64,000 bases of DNA. Source: Macrostomum lignano (taxonomy: Eukaryota). Under the pieces are notes generated by a model that saw nothing but the letters and a program-made list of their open reading frames with translations, ran no database searches and had not been told where the DNA came from. The DNA lies in assembly GCA_002269645.1 (NCBI GenBank), contig NIVC01000001.1:2480001-2544000 (forward strand), given 5' to 3'. Shown here one piece after another: positions 42,810 through 57,042 of the stretch (positions within the stretch are counted from its first letter, which is position 1; every line of letters begins with the position of its first letter). The position numbers were made by a program, and so were the translations under genes.

Positions 42810-43717
42810 CTACTGACACCCATGGTTACAGATCCTGACACACATGATTGCAGTTCCTGACACCCATGATTGCAGTTCCTGACACCCATGATTGCAGTTT
42901 CTGACACACATGATTGCAGTTCCTGACACCCATGATTGCAGTTCCTGACACACATGATTGCAGTTCCTGACACACATGATTGCAGTTCCTGACACACATG
43001 ATTGCAGTTCCTGACACACATGATTGCAATTCCTGACACCCATGATTGCAGTTCCTGACACCCATGATTGCAGTTCCTGACACACATGATTGCAGTTCCT
43101 GACACACATGATTGCAGTTCCTGACACCCATGATTGCAGTTCCTGACACACATGATTGCAGTTCCTGACACCCATGATTGCAGTTCCTGACACACATGAT
43201 TGCAGTTCCTGACACACATGATTGCAGTTCCTGACACACATGATTACAGTTCCTGACACACATGATTGCAGTTCCTGACACACATGATTACAGTTCCTGA
43301 CACCCATAATTGCAGTTCCTGACACACATGATTGCAGTTCCTGACACACATGATTGCAGTTCCTGACACACATGATTACAGTTCCTGACACCCATGATTG
43401 CAGTTCCTGACACACATGATTGCAGTTCCTGACACACATGATTGCAGTTCCTGACACACATGATTGCAGTTCCTGACACCCATGATTGCAGTTCCTGACA
43501 CCCATGATTACAGTTCCTGACACCCATGATTACAGTTCCTGACACCCATGATTGCAGTTCCTGACTCCTGACATGATTGCAATTCCTGACACCCATGATT
43601 GCAGTTCCTGACACCCATGATTACAGTTCCTGACACCCATGATTGTAGTTCCTGACACCCATGATTACAGTTCCTGACACCCATGATTGCAGTTCCTGAC
43701 ACCCATGATTACAGTTC
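42810..43717. repeat. 22-bp minisatellite (CATGATTGCAGTTCCTGACACM)n, about 41 copies
   Basis: Period 22 (42843 to 42865). Confidence 0.96.
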
Positions 43718-44355
43718 CGCCCCCTGTGCACGCCACTAGACGGTCAGCCCTTTCCCACAAGTGATTCGTTACCTGCCTTCTGCCCAAACAGTGCTAATCT
43801 GATTGATTCATCCTTAAACCCCCTCCCCCACCCCCTCCCCCATCCCCCTCCCCCCAGCTTGCTGTTGATGTCGCGTGGGTCAACACGAATGACGAGCAAA
43901 CTAAGCAGCGTGTTTACCCGGGTGAAAGGCTGGGATAGGGCTTTCCTGGAAACCAGAGTGTCCCGGCCAATAATGCCCCGAATTTCTATAATACCTTTGT
44001 CTATTATTCTCTCTCTGGCTGCAAATCTTATCAGACAGACACCGTAATTGGCTGCGGGAGTCTCTTAACCAGGTGTGTAGCTGACTGACACGAGATAATT
44101 GACTGACAGGGTGCACGGGGTTCGGGTGCTGACAAGGACAGGTTGAAGGGGGGCAGAGGGCAAGGTTAAGGAAGACGAAATCACGCAGGGCAAATAATCC
44201 TCGACAGAACGAAGATTCGCCCCCAACACGCGTTTTCTAACCTTCTTGCTGCTGAAATGCTGTGGAAGCAATGAAAAGAAAGCACTGGGGAAAGTAACCA
44301 TTTTTTCTGTTAAATCTTTTTCTGTGGGCGACTAACTTGAAAACAAGCAGGGCAG

Positions 44356-44805
44356 TGGCTAGATTAGCAATCCATTCTATTCCTGCATCCGCATGGGCTA
44401 GATTAGCAATCCATTCTATTCCTGCAACCGCATGTGGGCTAGATTAGCAATCCATTCTATTCCTGCAACCGTGTATTGGCTAGATTAGCAATCCATTCTA
44501 TTCCTGCAACCGTGTATTGGCTAGATTAGCAATCCATTCTATTCCTGCAACCGCATGGGCTAGATTAGCAATCCATTCTATTCCTGCAACCGCATGGGCT
44601 AGATTAGCAATCCATTCTATTCCTGCAACCGCATTGGCTAGATTAGCAATCCATTCTATTCCTGCATCCTTGTGGGCTAGACTAGCAATCCATTCTATTC
44701 CTGCATCCTTGTGGGCTAGATTAGCAATCCATTCTATTCCTGCATCCGCATGGGCTAGATTAGCAATCCATTCTACTCCTGCATCCTTGTGGGCTAGATT
44801 AGCAT
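44356..44805. repeat. About 39-bp minisatellite (GCTAGATTAGCAATCCATTCTATTCCTGCAWCC...), about 11 copies
   Basis: Period 39 (44521 to 44560). Confidence 0.95.
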
Positions 44806-45414
44806 CTCCTACAACAACAATTCAGCAAAGTATTGGCAATCGAGAATGTCTGCAGAAAAATGCAATAAGCCCCCCCCCCCTGCCAGGTCCTTGACCGCGT
44901 AGGAGATGCTCAGGAAACACATGGCTGAGCACACAGCTGGGGATGCACCCTGTGGCAGGCTCAGGAGGTTAGCATCAGCTGAGCAGCAGCGCCAGCCCCA
45001 ATTTGCATATTGATCAAGTCATTACAACAGCGGTCGGTCGGATGAGCACCAGCTCAGAGGCCTGAGCAGCTGAGTTGGGGGGAGACACACAATATAAGCT
45101 CACACTGTATTATGTAATAAGGCTCCCCCAAGTCTGGGCTGACGGCGAAAACTTTTCTGCTTAAACAAGTTCTTTTAAAATCGCATCGGAGAATTCATCA
45201 TTGCTAATTAGGTCATGTATAAAAACTAAGTATTAAACCTCTATCGTTTGATCCTGGTGATTTTTTCAGAATATTGCATAAAATATTGTATGGTAACATT
45301 GAGCCTATAATTCTCTCTTTTACTACTGTTTTATTCTACTCTCACTTGCCTTTCTCCCCTCTCTCCCACCGTCCTACCTGTCCCGATTTCTCATGGCCAA
45401 TCTCCCTGCCTTTA

Positions 45415-46120
45415 ATCTTCCCTCTTCCATCTCCCGTCTCCCATCTGCGGTCTCCCATCTCCCATCTCCCATCTCCCATATATCAACTCTCATCTCCCAT
45501 CTCCAACCTCCCATCTCTCATCTCTTTTCTCATATCTCCGATCTCCCATATATCATCTCTCATCTCCCATCTCCCATATATCATCTCTCATCTCCCATCT
45601 CCTATCTATCATCTCTCATCTCCCATCTCCCATCTATCATCTCCCATCTCCCATCTCCCATCTCCCATCTATCATCTCTCATCTCCCATCTCCCATCTAT
45701 CATCTCCCATCTCCCATCTCCCATCTCCCATCTCCCAGCTCCCATCTCCCATCTCCCATCTATCATCTCTCATCTCCCATCTCCCATCTCACATCTCCCA
45801 TCTCCCATCTCACATCTCCCATCTCCCATCTCACATCTCCCATCTCCCATCTCACATCTCCCATCTCCGATCTCCCATATATCATCTCTCATCTTCCATC
45901 TCCCATCTCTCATCTTCCATCTCCCATCTCCCATCTCCCATCTCACATCTCCCATCTCACATCTCCCATCTCACATCTCCCATCTCACATCTCCTATCTC
46001 ACATCTCCCATCTATCATCTCTCATCTCCTATCTTCCATCGCTAATCTCCAGTCTGCTATTTCTCATCTCACATCTCCTATCTCCCATCTCTCATCTCTT
46101 ATCCCCTATCTCCCATTTCC
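45415..46120. repeat. Degenerate heptamer repeat (CATCTCC)n
   Basis: Direct reading. Confidence 0.9.
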
Positions 46121-46449
46121 ATTCCTCCACCGCTCCTCTATTATCTGACATTTTGCTCCGGTAAATATAATAGTCAAAACCAGATTAGGCCCCTTCATCC
46201 AACAAGCCATCAGATGCATAAAAAAGTTCGTATTCAGAATGTTACAAGAGAAAGTTTTACAGCTACAGATATATTTGCTCGCTATAGATTTCGATTAGTA
46301 AATCCATTTGCAGAACAAAACTGCAAATCAGCAAGTCAGGGCCGTCCTGTCACTTGTGCCTGACTTTGCTGTCCACGGACAAATGCCACGAACATAAAAT
46401 TAACCTTATAGTTTCAAGTAGTAAGACAGTTTTTTTACCTGAATGACTT

Positions 46450-49400
46450 GACTCTTCCTCTCCCTCCCCGACTCTTCCTCTCCCTCCCCGACTCTTCCTC
46501 TCCCTCCCCGACTCTTTCTCTCCCTCCCCGACTTTTCCTCTCCCTCCCCGACTCTTTCTCTCCCTTCCCGACTCTTCCTCTCCCTCCCCGACTCTTCCTC
46601 TCCCTCCCCGACTTTTCCTCTCCCTCCCCGACTGTTCCTCTCCCTCCCCGACTCTTCCTCTCCCTCCCCGACTCTTTCTCTCCCTCCCCGACTCTTCCTC
46701 TCCTCCCCGACTCTTTCTCTCCCTCCCCGACTTTTCCTCTCCCTCCCCGACTCTTCCTCTCCCTCCCCGACTCTTCCTCTCCCTCCCCGACTCTTCCTCT
46801 CCCTCCCCGACTCTTTCTCTCCCTCCCGACTTTTCCTCTCCCTCCCCGACTCTTTCTCTCCCTTCCCGACTCTTCCTCTCCCTCCCGACTCTTCCTCTCC
46901 CTCCCCGACTTTTCCTCTCCCTCCCCGACTGTTCCTCTCCCTCCCCGACTCTTCCTCTCCCTCCCCGACTCTTTCTCTCCCTCCCCGACTCTTCCTCTCC
47001 CTCCCGACTCTTTCTCTCCCTCCCCGACTTTTCCTCTCCCTCCCCGACTCTTCCTCTCCCTCCCCGACTCTTCCTCTCCCTCCCCGACTCTTCCTCTGCC
47101 TCCCCGACTTTTCCTCTCCCTCCCCGACTCTTCCTCTCCCTCCCCGACTCTTCCTCTCCCTCCCCGACTCTTTCTCTCCCTCCCCGACTCTTCCTCTCCC
47201 TCCCCGACTTTTCCTCTCCCTCCCCGACTCTTCCTCTCCCTCCCCGACTCTTCCTCTCCCTCCCGACTCTTCCTCTCCCTCCCCGACTCTTCCTCTGCCT
47301 CCCGACTTTTCCTCTCCCTCCCCGACTCTTCCTCTCCCTCCCGACTTTTCCTCTCCCTCCCCGACTCTTCCTCTCCCTCCCCGACTCTTCCTCTCCCTCC
47401 CCGACTCTTCCTCTCCCTCTCCGACTCTTCCTCTCCCTCCCGACTTTTCCTCTCCCTCCCCGACTCTTCCTCTCCCTCCCCGACTCTTCCTCTCCCTCCC
47501 CGACTCTTCCTCTCCCTCCCCGACTCTTCCTCTCCCTCCCCGACTCTTCCTCTCCCTCCCCGACTCTTCCTCTCCCTCCCCGACTCTTTCTCTCCCTCCC
47601 CGACTTTTCCTCTCCCTCCCCGACTCTTCCTCTCCCTCCCCGACTTTTCCTCTCCCTCCCCGACTCTTTCTCTCCCTCCCCGACTCTTCCTCTCCCTCCC
47701 CGACTCTTCCTCTCCCTCCCCGACTCTTCCTCTCCCTCCCCGACTCTTCCTCTCCCTCCCCGACTCTTCCTCTCCCTCCCCGACTCTTCCTCTCCCTCCC
47801 CGACTCTTCCTCTCCCTCCCCGACTCTTCCTCTCCCTCCCCGACTCTTCCTCTCCCTCCCCGACTCTTTCTCTCCCTCCCCGACTTTTCCTCTCCCTCCC
47901 CGACTCTTCCTCTCCCTTCCCGACTCTTCCTCTCCCTCCCCGACTCTTCCTCTCCCTCCCCGACTCTTTCTCTCCCTCCCCGACTTTTCCTCTCCCTCCC
48001 CGACTCTTTCTCTCCCTCCCCGACTCTTCCTCTCCCTCCCCGACTCTTTCTCTCCCTCCCCGACTTTTCCTCTCCCTCCCCGACTCTTCCTCTCCCTCCC
48101 CGACTCTTCCTCTCCCTCCCCGACTCTTCCTCTGCCTCCCCGACTTTTCCTCTCCCTCCCCGACTCTTCCTCTCCCTCCCCGACTCTTCCTCTCCCTCCC
48201 CGACTCTTTCTCTCCCTCCCCGACTCTTCCTCTCCCTCCCCGACTCTTTCTCTCCCTCCCCGACTTTTCCTCTCCCTCCCCGACTCTTCCTCTCCCTCCC
48301 CGACTCTTCCTCTCCCTCCCCGACTCTTCCTCTGCCTCCCCGACTTTTCCTCTCCCTCCCCGACTCTTCCTCTCCCTCCCCGACTCTTCCTCTCCCTCCC
48401 CGACTTTTCCTCTCCCTCCCCGACTCTTCCTCTCCCTCCCCGACTCTTCCTCTCCCTCCCCGACTCTTCCTCTCCCTCCCCGACTTTTCCTCTCCCTCCC
48501 CGACTCTTCCTCTCCCTCCCCGACTCTTCCTCTCCCTCCCGACTCTTCCTCTCCCTCCCCGACTCTTCCTCTCCCTCCCCGACTCTTCCTCTCCCTCCCC
48601 GACTCTTCCTCTCCCTCCTTGACTCTTCCTCTCCCTCCCCGACTCTTCCTCTCCCTCCCCGACTCTTCCTCTCCCTCCCCGACTCTTCCTCTCCCTCCCC
48701 GACTCTTCCTCTCCCTCCTTGACTCTTCCTCTCCCTCCCCGACTCTTCCTCTCCCTCCCCGACTCTTCCTCTCCCTCCCCGACTCTTCCTCTCCCTCCCC
48801 GACTCTTTCTCTCCCTCCCCGACTCTTCCTCTCCCTCCCCGACTCTTTCTCTCCCTCCCCGACTTTTCCTCTCCCTCCCCGACTCTTCCTCTCCCTTCCC
48901 GACTCTTCCTCTCCCTCCCGACTCTTCCTCTCCCTCCCCGACTCTTCCTCTCCCTCCCCGACTCTTTCTCTCCCTCCCCGACTCTTCCTCTCCCTCCCCG
49001 ACTCTTTCTCTCCCTCCCCGACTCTTCCTCTCCCTCCCCGACTCTTTCTCTCCCTCCCCGACTTTTCCTCTCCCTCCCCGACTCTTCCTCTCCCTCCCCG
49101 ACTCTTCCTCTCCCTCCCCGACTCTTCCTCTGCCTCCCCGACTTTTCCTCTCCCTCCCCGACTCTTCCTCTCCCTCCCCGACTCTTCCTCTCCCTCCCCG
49201 ACTCTTTCTCTCCCTCCCCGACTCTTTCTCTCCCTCCCCGACTTTTCCTCTCCCTCCCCGACTTTTCCTCTCCCTCCCCGACTCTTCCTCTCCTCCCCGA
49301 CTCTTCCTCTCCCTCCCCGACTTTTCCTCTCCCTCCCCGACTCTTCCTCTCCCTCCCCGACTCTTCCTCTCCCTCCCCGACTTTTCCTCTCCCTCCCCGA

Positions 49401-49792
49401 CTCTTCCTCTCCCTCCCCGACTCTTCCTCTCCCTCCCCGACTCTTCCTCTCCCTCCCCGACTTTTCCTCTCCCTCCCCGACTCTTCCTCTCCCTCCCCGA
49501 CTCTTCCTCTCCCTCCCCGACTCTTCCTCTCCCTCCCCGACTCTTCCTCTCCCTCCCCGACTCTTCCTCTCCCTCCCCGACTCTTCCTCTCCCTCCCCGA
49601 CTCTTCCTCTCCCTCCCCGACTCTTTCTCTCCTCCCCGACTTTTCCTCTCCCTCCCCGACTCTTCCTCTCCCTTCCCGACTCTTCCTCTCCCTCCCCGAC
49701 TCTTCCTCTCCCTCCCCGACTTTTCCTCTCCCTCCCCGACTCTTCCTCTCCCTCCCCGACTCTTCCTCTCCCTCCCCGACTCTTCCTCTCCT
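46450..49792. repeat. 20-bp minisatellite (ACTCTTCCTCTCCCTCCCCG)n, about 3.3 kb, about 165 copies
   Basis: Direct reading; the largest array in the window. Confidence 0.97.
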
Positions 49793-50416
49793 CTTCAGTT
49801 CGATATTTTACACCCCTCCATTGATATTCTTCCAACTTTCCAACATTAATGTCCCCCGAGACTCCAGCCGAGCGCAGGTCTGCCAGAGTTAAAGACACTC
49901 ATGCACGCCTTGCAACAGAAAATCGGTCCTACAGGCTGCCTTGGCAGGCTGTCACACCCTGCCGCGCCAAGAAAAACACAACAATTTAAATCGCTCGTAC
50001 CGGCCCCAGTAACAGGCATTGCAGCCGTGCCTCACCCCACCTAAGCAGGAATTTCTAAAAAGAAAACTTTTCAGTCGATCTCAAATCTCGCCGTGACGAC
50101 GACCCTCGCCTCCTCGCCTCCCCAACCCCGCACGGAGATGTCGAATTTGCTTAGCGGCGCAGAAGCCCCAGACGCGCCGGGGCTGACAGGAATCTGTTTT
50201 CTGTGCCACCAGTAGAGTCAGCTCGGGGTCAGAGAAACAGCGAAAGTTAACAAACTGGCTATGGGGAAATTGGGCTAGAACTGTGCCGCACAAATCTGGG
50301 ATTCCAGTTGAGTCCCACCAATTTGCACTTTGCAGGTATATTTTTCTTCGGCTGAAGCAGCGGAAGTCAGGTCCCCGCAGAATCCACTTTTTAATCAGTG
50401 AGTTGCTTTTATGCTT

Positions 50417-50667
50417 ACTGACTGACTGACTGACTGACTGACTGACTGACTGACTGACTGACTGACTGACTGACTGACTGACTGACTGACTGACTGACTG
50501 ACTGACTGACTGACTGACTGACTGACTGACTGACTGACTGACTGACTGACTGACTGACTGACTGACTGACTGACTGACTGACTGACTGACTGACTGACTG
50601 ACTGACTGACTGACTAACTGACTGACTGACTGACTGACTGACTGACTGACTGACTGACTGACTGACT
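50417..50667. repeat. (ACTG)n microsatellite
   Basis: Direct reading. Confidence 0.97.
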
Positions 50668-50749
50668 CCAGACTGGATTCATCTGGATTCATCATTCACC
50701 ATTCACCATGTCACTCCCGTATCTCATGTTTTATTGGCTCATTAACTCC

Positions 50750-51272
50750 ATCAGTGTCACTCTGAACTCCAAAACGGCACTCCGTCAGTGTCACTCTGAA
50801 CTCCAAAACGGCACTCCGTCAGTGTCACTCTGAACTCCAAAACGGCACTCCGTCAGTGTCACTCTGAACTCCAAAACGGCACTCCGTCAGTGTCACTCTG
50901 AACTCCAAAACGGCACTCCGTCAGTGTCACTATGAACTCCAAAACGGCACTCCGTCAGTGTCACTATGAACTCCAAAACGGCACTCCGTCAGTGTCACTA
51001 TGAACTCCAAAACGGCACTCCGTCAGTGTCACTCTGAACTCCAAAACGGCACTCCGTCAGTGTCACTCTGAACTCCAAAACGGCACTCCGTCAGTGTCAC
51101 TATGAACTCCAAAACGGCACTCCGTCAGTGTCACTATGAACTCCAAAACGGCACTCCGTCAGTGTCACTATGAACTCCAAAACGGCACTCCGTCAGTGTC
51201 ACTATGAACTCCAAAACGGCACTCCGTCAGTGTCACTATGAACTCCAAAACGGCACTCCGTCAGTGTCACTC
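50750..51272. repeat. 34-bp minisatellite (GTCAGTGTCACTMTGAACTCCAAAACGGCACTCC), about 15 copies
   Basis: Period 34 (50821 to 50855). Confidence 0.96.
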
Positions 51273-51621
51273 CAGTTCCCCAAACCTTAAACCGTATTTC
51301 GTCACCTCGCAAGCCCCCTTTGCCAGCACAAAAGCGCACAGAAGCATCGTAAATTCCGTTTCAAAACTGAATCACCACTGAACTGGAAAACGCAGACAAT
51401 GTTTTATTATAGTACAGCAGCTTTTGCACCAACAGTGTGCGTGTGGACTGAAGTTGCATTCATTTTTTCACACTCGTTTGCCTGACTGACCGAATCTGTG
51501 CGCCAGTAGGACTGGGATTGCCGGCCGCCTGCTGCACTGCGGCACAGACTGGGGATGAATTATGCGGGATTTGGGAATTTCCCAGTGTCTCACCTTCACT
51601 CTCCCTTCCTTTCCCCACCCC

Positions 51622-52300
51622 TCTTCCTCTCCCTCTCCCTCTCCCTCTCCCTCTCCCTCTCCCTCTCCCTCTCCCTCTCCCTCTCTCCTCTCCCTCTCCC
51701 TCTCCCTCTCCCTCTCCCTCTCCCTCTCCCTCTCCTCTCCCTCTCCCTCTCCCTCTCCCTCTCCCTCTCCCTCTCCCTCTCCCTCTCCCTCTCCCTCTCC
51801 CTCTCCCTCTCCCTCTCCCTCTCCCTCTCCCTCTCCCTCTCCCTCTCCCTCTCCCTCTCCCTCTCCCTCTCCCTCTCCCTCTCCCTCTCCCTCTCCCTCT
51901 CCCTCTCCCTCTCCTCTCCCTCTCCCTCTCTCCTCTCCTCTCTCCCTCTCCCTCTCCCTCTCCCTCTCCCTCTCCCTCTCCCTCTCCCTCTCCCTCTCCC
52001 TCTCCCTCTCCCTCTCCCTCTCCCTCTCCCCCTCCCTCTCCCTCTCCCTCTCCCCTCCCTCTCCCTCTCCCTCTCTCTCTCTCTCTCCCTCTCCTCTCCC
52101 TCTCCCTCTCCCTCTCCCTCTCCCTCTCCCTCTCCCTCTCCCTCTCCCTCTCACTCTCCCTCTCCCTCTCCCTCTCATTCTCCTCTCCCTCTCCTCTCCT
52201 CTCCCTCTCCTCTCCCTCTCCCTCTCCCTCTCCCTCTCATTCTCCCTCTCCCTCTCCCTCTCCCTCTCCCTCTCCATCTCCCTCTCCCTCTCCTTCTTCT
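51622..52300. repeat. (CTCTCC)n hexamer array
   Basis: Direct reading. Confidence 0.96.
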
Positions 52301-53061
52301 TCCCTCCCTCTACCTTTGCCTCTAACGCTACATCAGACCAGGTTATATGAGGCCGGGAGCTCTTGCAAGTATCAGTACAATAACAAGGGCTCCTAGCTAA
52401 AGTTCTTTTTCCATGCAGCTGCATGGTAATTAATTGCCTCAAGTTTCTCAGCCGCTCAGATAAATATTTAGTTATTTCACATGAAAGTGAAAGCAATAAT
52501 TATACAGAAGCAATCGATGATTTGGCCTTTAGTTGCTGCTTCCGCTGTTTTCCGTTGAGAAATCAATGATCTTGATAGATAGATTATCATAGAGAGGGTA
52601 GAGAGTGAAGTACATGGCATAGTTCAGGGACATCTAAAATAGATACTTGGACTAGATTAGCCGAAGGTCTGCCTCGAAGCAACTCTCTCGAAGGGGGGCG
52701 GAGCGATGGAGATTGGGAAGAAGCTGATCGAAGAGAAACCAGTGACGGCTCATTTCAAGCGTCTTGTAGGCTTGGCTGGCCAAGAGGAAACTGCCACATT
52801 AGATATATGTAGACGTCTTCCGCGGAAAACTTCCAGAGGCCATCAAACTTCATCCAAGGCTCTCTGCGTCAGCACAGCTGTGCGGTTGCATGCGGGACTC
52901 AGTTGCTAAGCTAATTATTATCAATATTGCGTGAGCATCGATTTCGTATGGCAGGGGGGGGGGTCAATTGGAGCACTGGTTTGAGAAGATTAACGGCAGT
53001 TGTTTAGTAAGTGGATTAAGCATAAGAAATTAATTGTTTGTAGTTTATTACTGTGTACCTT

Positions 53062-53690
53062 TGAATCCACTTTCGAATATCTTTAATCCACTTTCGAATA
53101 TCCTTAATCCACTTTCGAATATCTTTAATCCACTTTCGAACACCCGTAATCCAATTTCGAATATCCTTAATTCACTTTCGAATATCTATAATCCACTTTC
53201 GAATATCTATAATCCACTTTCGAATATCCATAATCCCCTTTTTAATATCTTTAATTCACTTTCGAATAGCCGCAATCCACTTTTTAATATCCTTAATCCA
53301 CTATCGAATATCCTTAATCCACTATCGAATATCCTTAATCCACTATCGAATATCCTTAATCCACTATCGAATATCCTTAATCCACTTTCGAATATCCTTA
53401 ATCCACTATCGAATATCCTTAATCCACTATCGAATATCCTTAATCCACTATCGAATATCCTTAATCCACTATCGAATATCCTTAATCCACTATCGAATAT
53501 CCTTAATCCACTTTCGAATAGCCGCAATCCACTTTTTAATATCCTTAATCCACTTTCGAATATCCTTAATCCACTTTTGAAAATCCTTAATCCACTTTTT
53601 AATATCTTTAATTCACTTTCGAATAGCCGCAATCCACGTTTTAATATACTTAATCCACTTTCGAATATCTTTTATCCACTTTGATTATTC
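53062..53690. repeat. 21-bp minisatellite (AATCCACTWTCGAATATCCTT)n
   Basis: Direct reading. Confidence 0.94.
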
Positions 53691-54255
53691 TCAAACAATT
53701 TCGAATAACCCACGTTCGAATATCCTTATTCCACTATTAGACACTCCTAACCCTCTTTCAACTATCTCTATTAAAAATAGCTTCAACGCACTACTCGTGA
53801 GTAGAAACGTAAGTATCCAAGGAGTTTTCAATTTTCAATAAAAACAGCCGAACTTTTAGCCAATGGATATTTTTTGGCTTCGAGCTTTCAGAGGCTACGG
53901 CAGTACAGATGCTGACAAGCGAGGAAGAGCCTCAGATAGGGATGCTGAGAGATCTTGATGGAGCGCTTGAAGTTGTTTTCTAACTTGGAAGTAGATCGCG
54001 CCATTAAAAGCGAAAAAGGGGATCAAATTGCAGACAGCCGACGAATTCAATTACCCGAAAGAAATCCTCTTCCCTGTGGGAGATGCCGCGAGCTGAGAAA
54101 CTGTCGCAGTCTCCGCCCCTCGGGCTCTTCGGGACTTCATCCGGGGGGTGGGTGCTTAAGAAGTCACAGCTCACTGCTGTTTTCGAGTCACTGCACTCTC
54201 TGGCCATCCTAACTTGGGTCCCTCTGTCTGCGTGCCTTCTTCTATATACTTCCCT

Positions 54256-54550
54256 CTCCATCTCATGTGTGAGATCTCTCCCTCTCATGTGTGAGATCTC
54301 TCCCTCTCATGTGTGAGATCTCTCCTTCTCATTTGTGAGATCTCTCTCTCTCTCATGTGTGAGATCTCTCCCTCTCATGTGTGAGATCTCTCCCTCTCAT
54401 GTGTGAGATCTCTCCCTCTCATGTGTGAGATCTCTCCCCCTCATGTGTGAGATCTCTCCTAATCATGTGTGAGATCTCTCCCCTCATGCGTGAGATCTCT
54501 CCCCCTCATGTGTGTGATCTCTCCCTCTCATGTGTGAGATCTCTCCCTCA
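54256..54550. repeat. 22-bp minisatellite (GAGATCTCTCCCTCTCATGTGT)n
   Basis: Period 22 (54361 to 54383). Confidence 0.94.
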
Positions 54551-55214
54551 AACACGTGTCTGATTGCTCTAATTATCGCTTAGAATAAGCTTGGCTCTCG
54601 GTGTGTCAACTTTTAGAGAGGCCACAGTTTTTCTGTAAGCTTTAATTTGCTTGGTTAAGAAGCAAAAAAGTGGCTGGCACAATTCCCTAATGAAAATATT
54701 TCTCAGCCGGTTGGGTGGTGGGTCATTCACAACTCACTCCCCTAGAGAGAAAGTTAGGCTTTGAGAGTTAGCGCTGAAACAGCATCTGTGTTGTCTTTGC
54801 CAACCACCTAGCCATAGCTATGTAACACTGCTCACTGGGGGTTGGCAGAGGCGTGAGTCTGCAACTCAGCCGCTCAATTTGTCCGCTCGGAATACGATAG
54901 GGAGAATAAACTGGGCCCAATGATGATGGCTTTTATGGACAGGCGGGCAGCTGGGGGAAACCTGAAAAATGCTTTGGACTGTGAGTGTGCTCGGGGGACT
55001 TTGAGTTACTTAGATGGGGTGTGCGCTGCCACTCATCCGCCTGCAGCTTAGTGGCTCTATTATTTATTTATCGATTAAGCCACTCAGCGGCAACCCATGC
55101 TTGGGCAGTTGGATGCTCTGCAAGGCCTCCGGGTCCAGCATTTACACTCGAATCCATAGACTGCAGATTCAGCAGTTCTATAGACAATTGAAGTTACGAG
55201 ATCTTTAGGCTTTC

Positions 55215-55560
55215 ACTAGATCTCTAAAGACATTGATTAGATCTCTAAAGACATTGACTAGATCTCTTAAGACATTGACTAGATATCTAAAGACATTGAC
55301 TAGATCTCTAAAGACATTGACTAGATCTCTAAAGACATTGACTAGATCTCTAAAGACATTGACTAGATCTCTAAAGACATTGACTAGATCTCTAAAGACA
55401 TTGACTAGATCTCTAAAGACATTGACTAGATCTCTAAAGACATTGACTAGATCTCTAAAGACATTGACTAGATCTCTAAAGACATTGGCTAGATCTCTAA
55501 AGACATTGACTAGATCTCTAAAGACAGTGACTAGATATCTAAAGACATTGACTAGATCTG
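55215..55560. repeat. 21-bp minisatellite (ACTAGATCTCTAAAGACATTG)n, about 16 copies
   Basis: Direct reading. Confidence 0.96.
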
Positions 55561-56574
55561 AGGATCTGAGAACTAGATGGCCAACCCCCAAGGCACAGAG
55601 ACTGTACGTGCCTGACGACTAGAAAGTCAGGGCCGCTGTACACACTGTGTGAGCGAGTGTATAATTGTTTCAACGCTGGCTGTGGATAATTCCCTGGGAC
55701 TATATCTATTGACCAGCTGCACTGCTGTATGTTAATTCGGCACACTTGACCCCAGCTAGCCTCATCGTGAATGGAAAAACGCAAAAGTAGACGCCCGCTC
55801 GCTGTCTTCTCCCAGGAGAAGAAGCCGTGGCTGTTATCTGAACAGCAACCCCACCCCTCAGCCTCTCTTTCCTTTCCTCAGTTTTTAATGGTGTCGAAAG
55901 TCATCAGTGCTGACAGGGCGGGCGCAGGCTCGTCTGAGATGCCCACTCAGATGCTGCTATTCTCACCTTCTATCGCCAGGCTCTCAGCCTCATCATTTCC
56001 CCCTAGATAGATATGGATTCCTCTCCCTAGCCCCTCAGCGTCGTCAGCTGCCTGAGTGAGACGGCTCTTCTCAGCGTCAGTGTTATGCATGTATAAAATA
56101 AAAGCCACGTGAAAAAACACGTTCTTAGCCTCGTTGTTAAAAAATAACAGCAATTTATTAGCAGCCGCCGAGAGCACTTTGTTTTGAGCATTTTCAAAAG
56201 AATTCTCACTAAACACAAGCTGCTCAACTTGGCTTGCCGAGGCGGCTCGGGGAGGGGGGGGGGGGCGCAGCGCAGAGGGAATTAGATTTGATTCAGCTTG
56301 GCGCCCCGGCGACTGCTGGTGCGAAATATTTTCTGAATTTGTCGCTAACGAGTTGCTGTTTGCTGCTGCTGCTGCTAGGGGGGCGGATTGAAAGAGAAGA
56401 GAGTAAGGGAAGAGCGAGTGCGTGCGGGCCTGTTCAAGTGCCTCTCTGTCTCCCAGTGTGCGGGATTTATCACCTACCCACTGATTTTCGCCACCGCCTC
56501 GTGCTTCTCGACTGCATTTGCCTGTTTAACACCTGCTTGTTGCCTACTAGTGGAGGCTCCATTCATATTTTACC

Positions 56575-57042
56575 TGCCTCTCCGCTCTCCATCAGTGCTT
56601 GAGAATCTGCCTCTCCACTCTCCATCAGTGCTTGAGAATCTGCCTCTCCGCTCTCCATCAGTGGTTGGGAATCTGCCTCTCCACTCTCCATCAGTGCTTG
56701 GGAATCTGCCTCTCCGCTCTCCATCAGTGCTTGAGAATCTGCCTCTCCGTTCTTCATCAGTGCTTGAGAATCTGCCTCTCCGTTCTTCATCAGTGCTTGA
56801 GAATCTGCCTCTCCGTTCTTCATCAGTGCTTGAGAATCTGCCTCTCCGCTCTCCATCAGTGCTTGAGAATCTGCCTCTCCGCTCTCCATCAGTGCTTGAG
56901 AATCTGCCTCTCCACTCTCCATCAGTGCTTGAGAATCTGCCTCTCCGTTCTTCATCAGTGCTTGAGAATCTGCCTCTCTTCTCCATCAGTGCTTGAGAAT
57001 CTGCCTCTCTTCTTCCCCTCAGTGCTTGAGAATCTGCCTCTC
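56575..57042. repeat. 33-bp minisatellite (CTCCGCTCTCCATCAGTGCTTGAGAATCTGCCT)n, about 14 copies
   Basis: Direct reading. Confidence 0.95.

Noticed and set aside
53062-53690. Heat-shock elements in the TTCGAA-containing 21-mer
   Set aside because: An HSE needs nTTCnnGAAn spacing; here TTC and GAA are adjacent.
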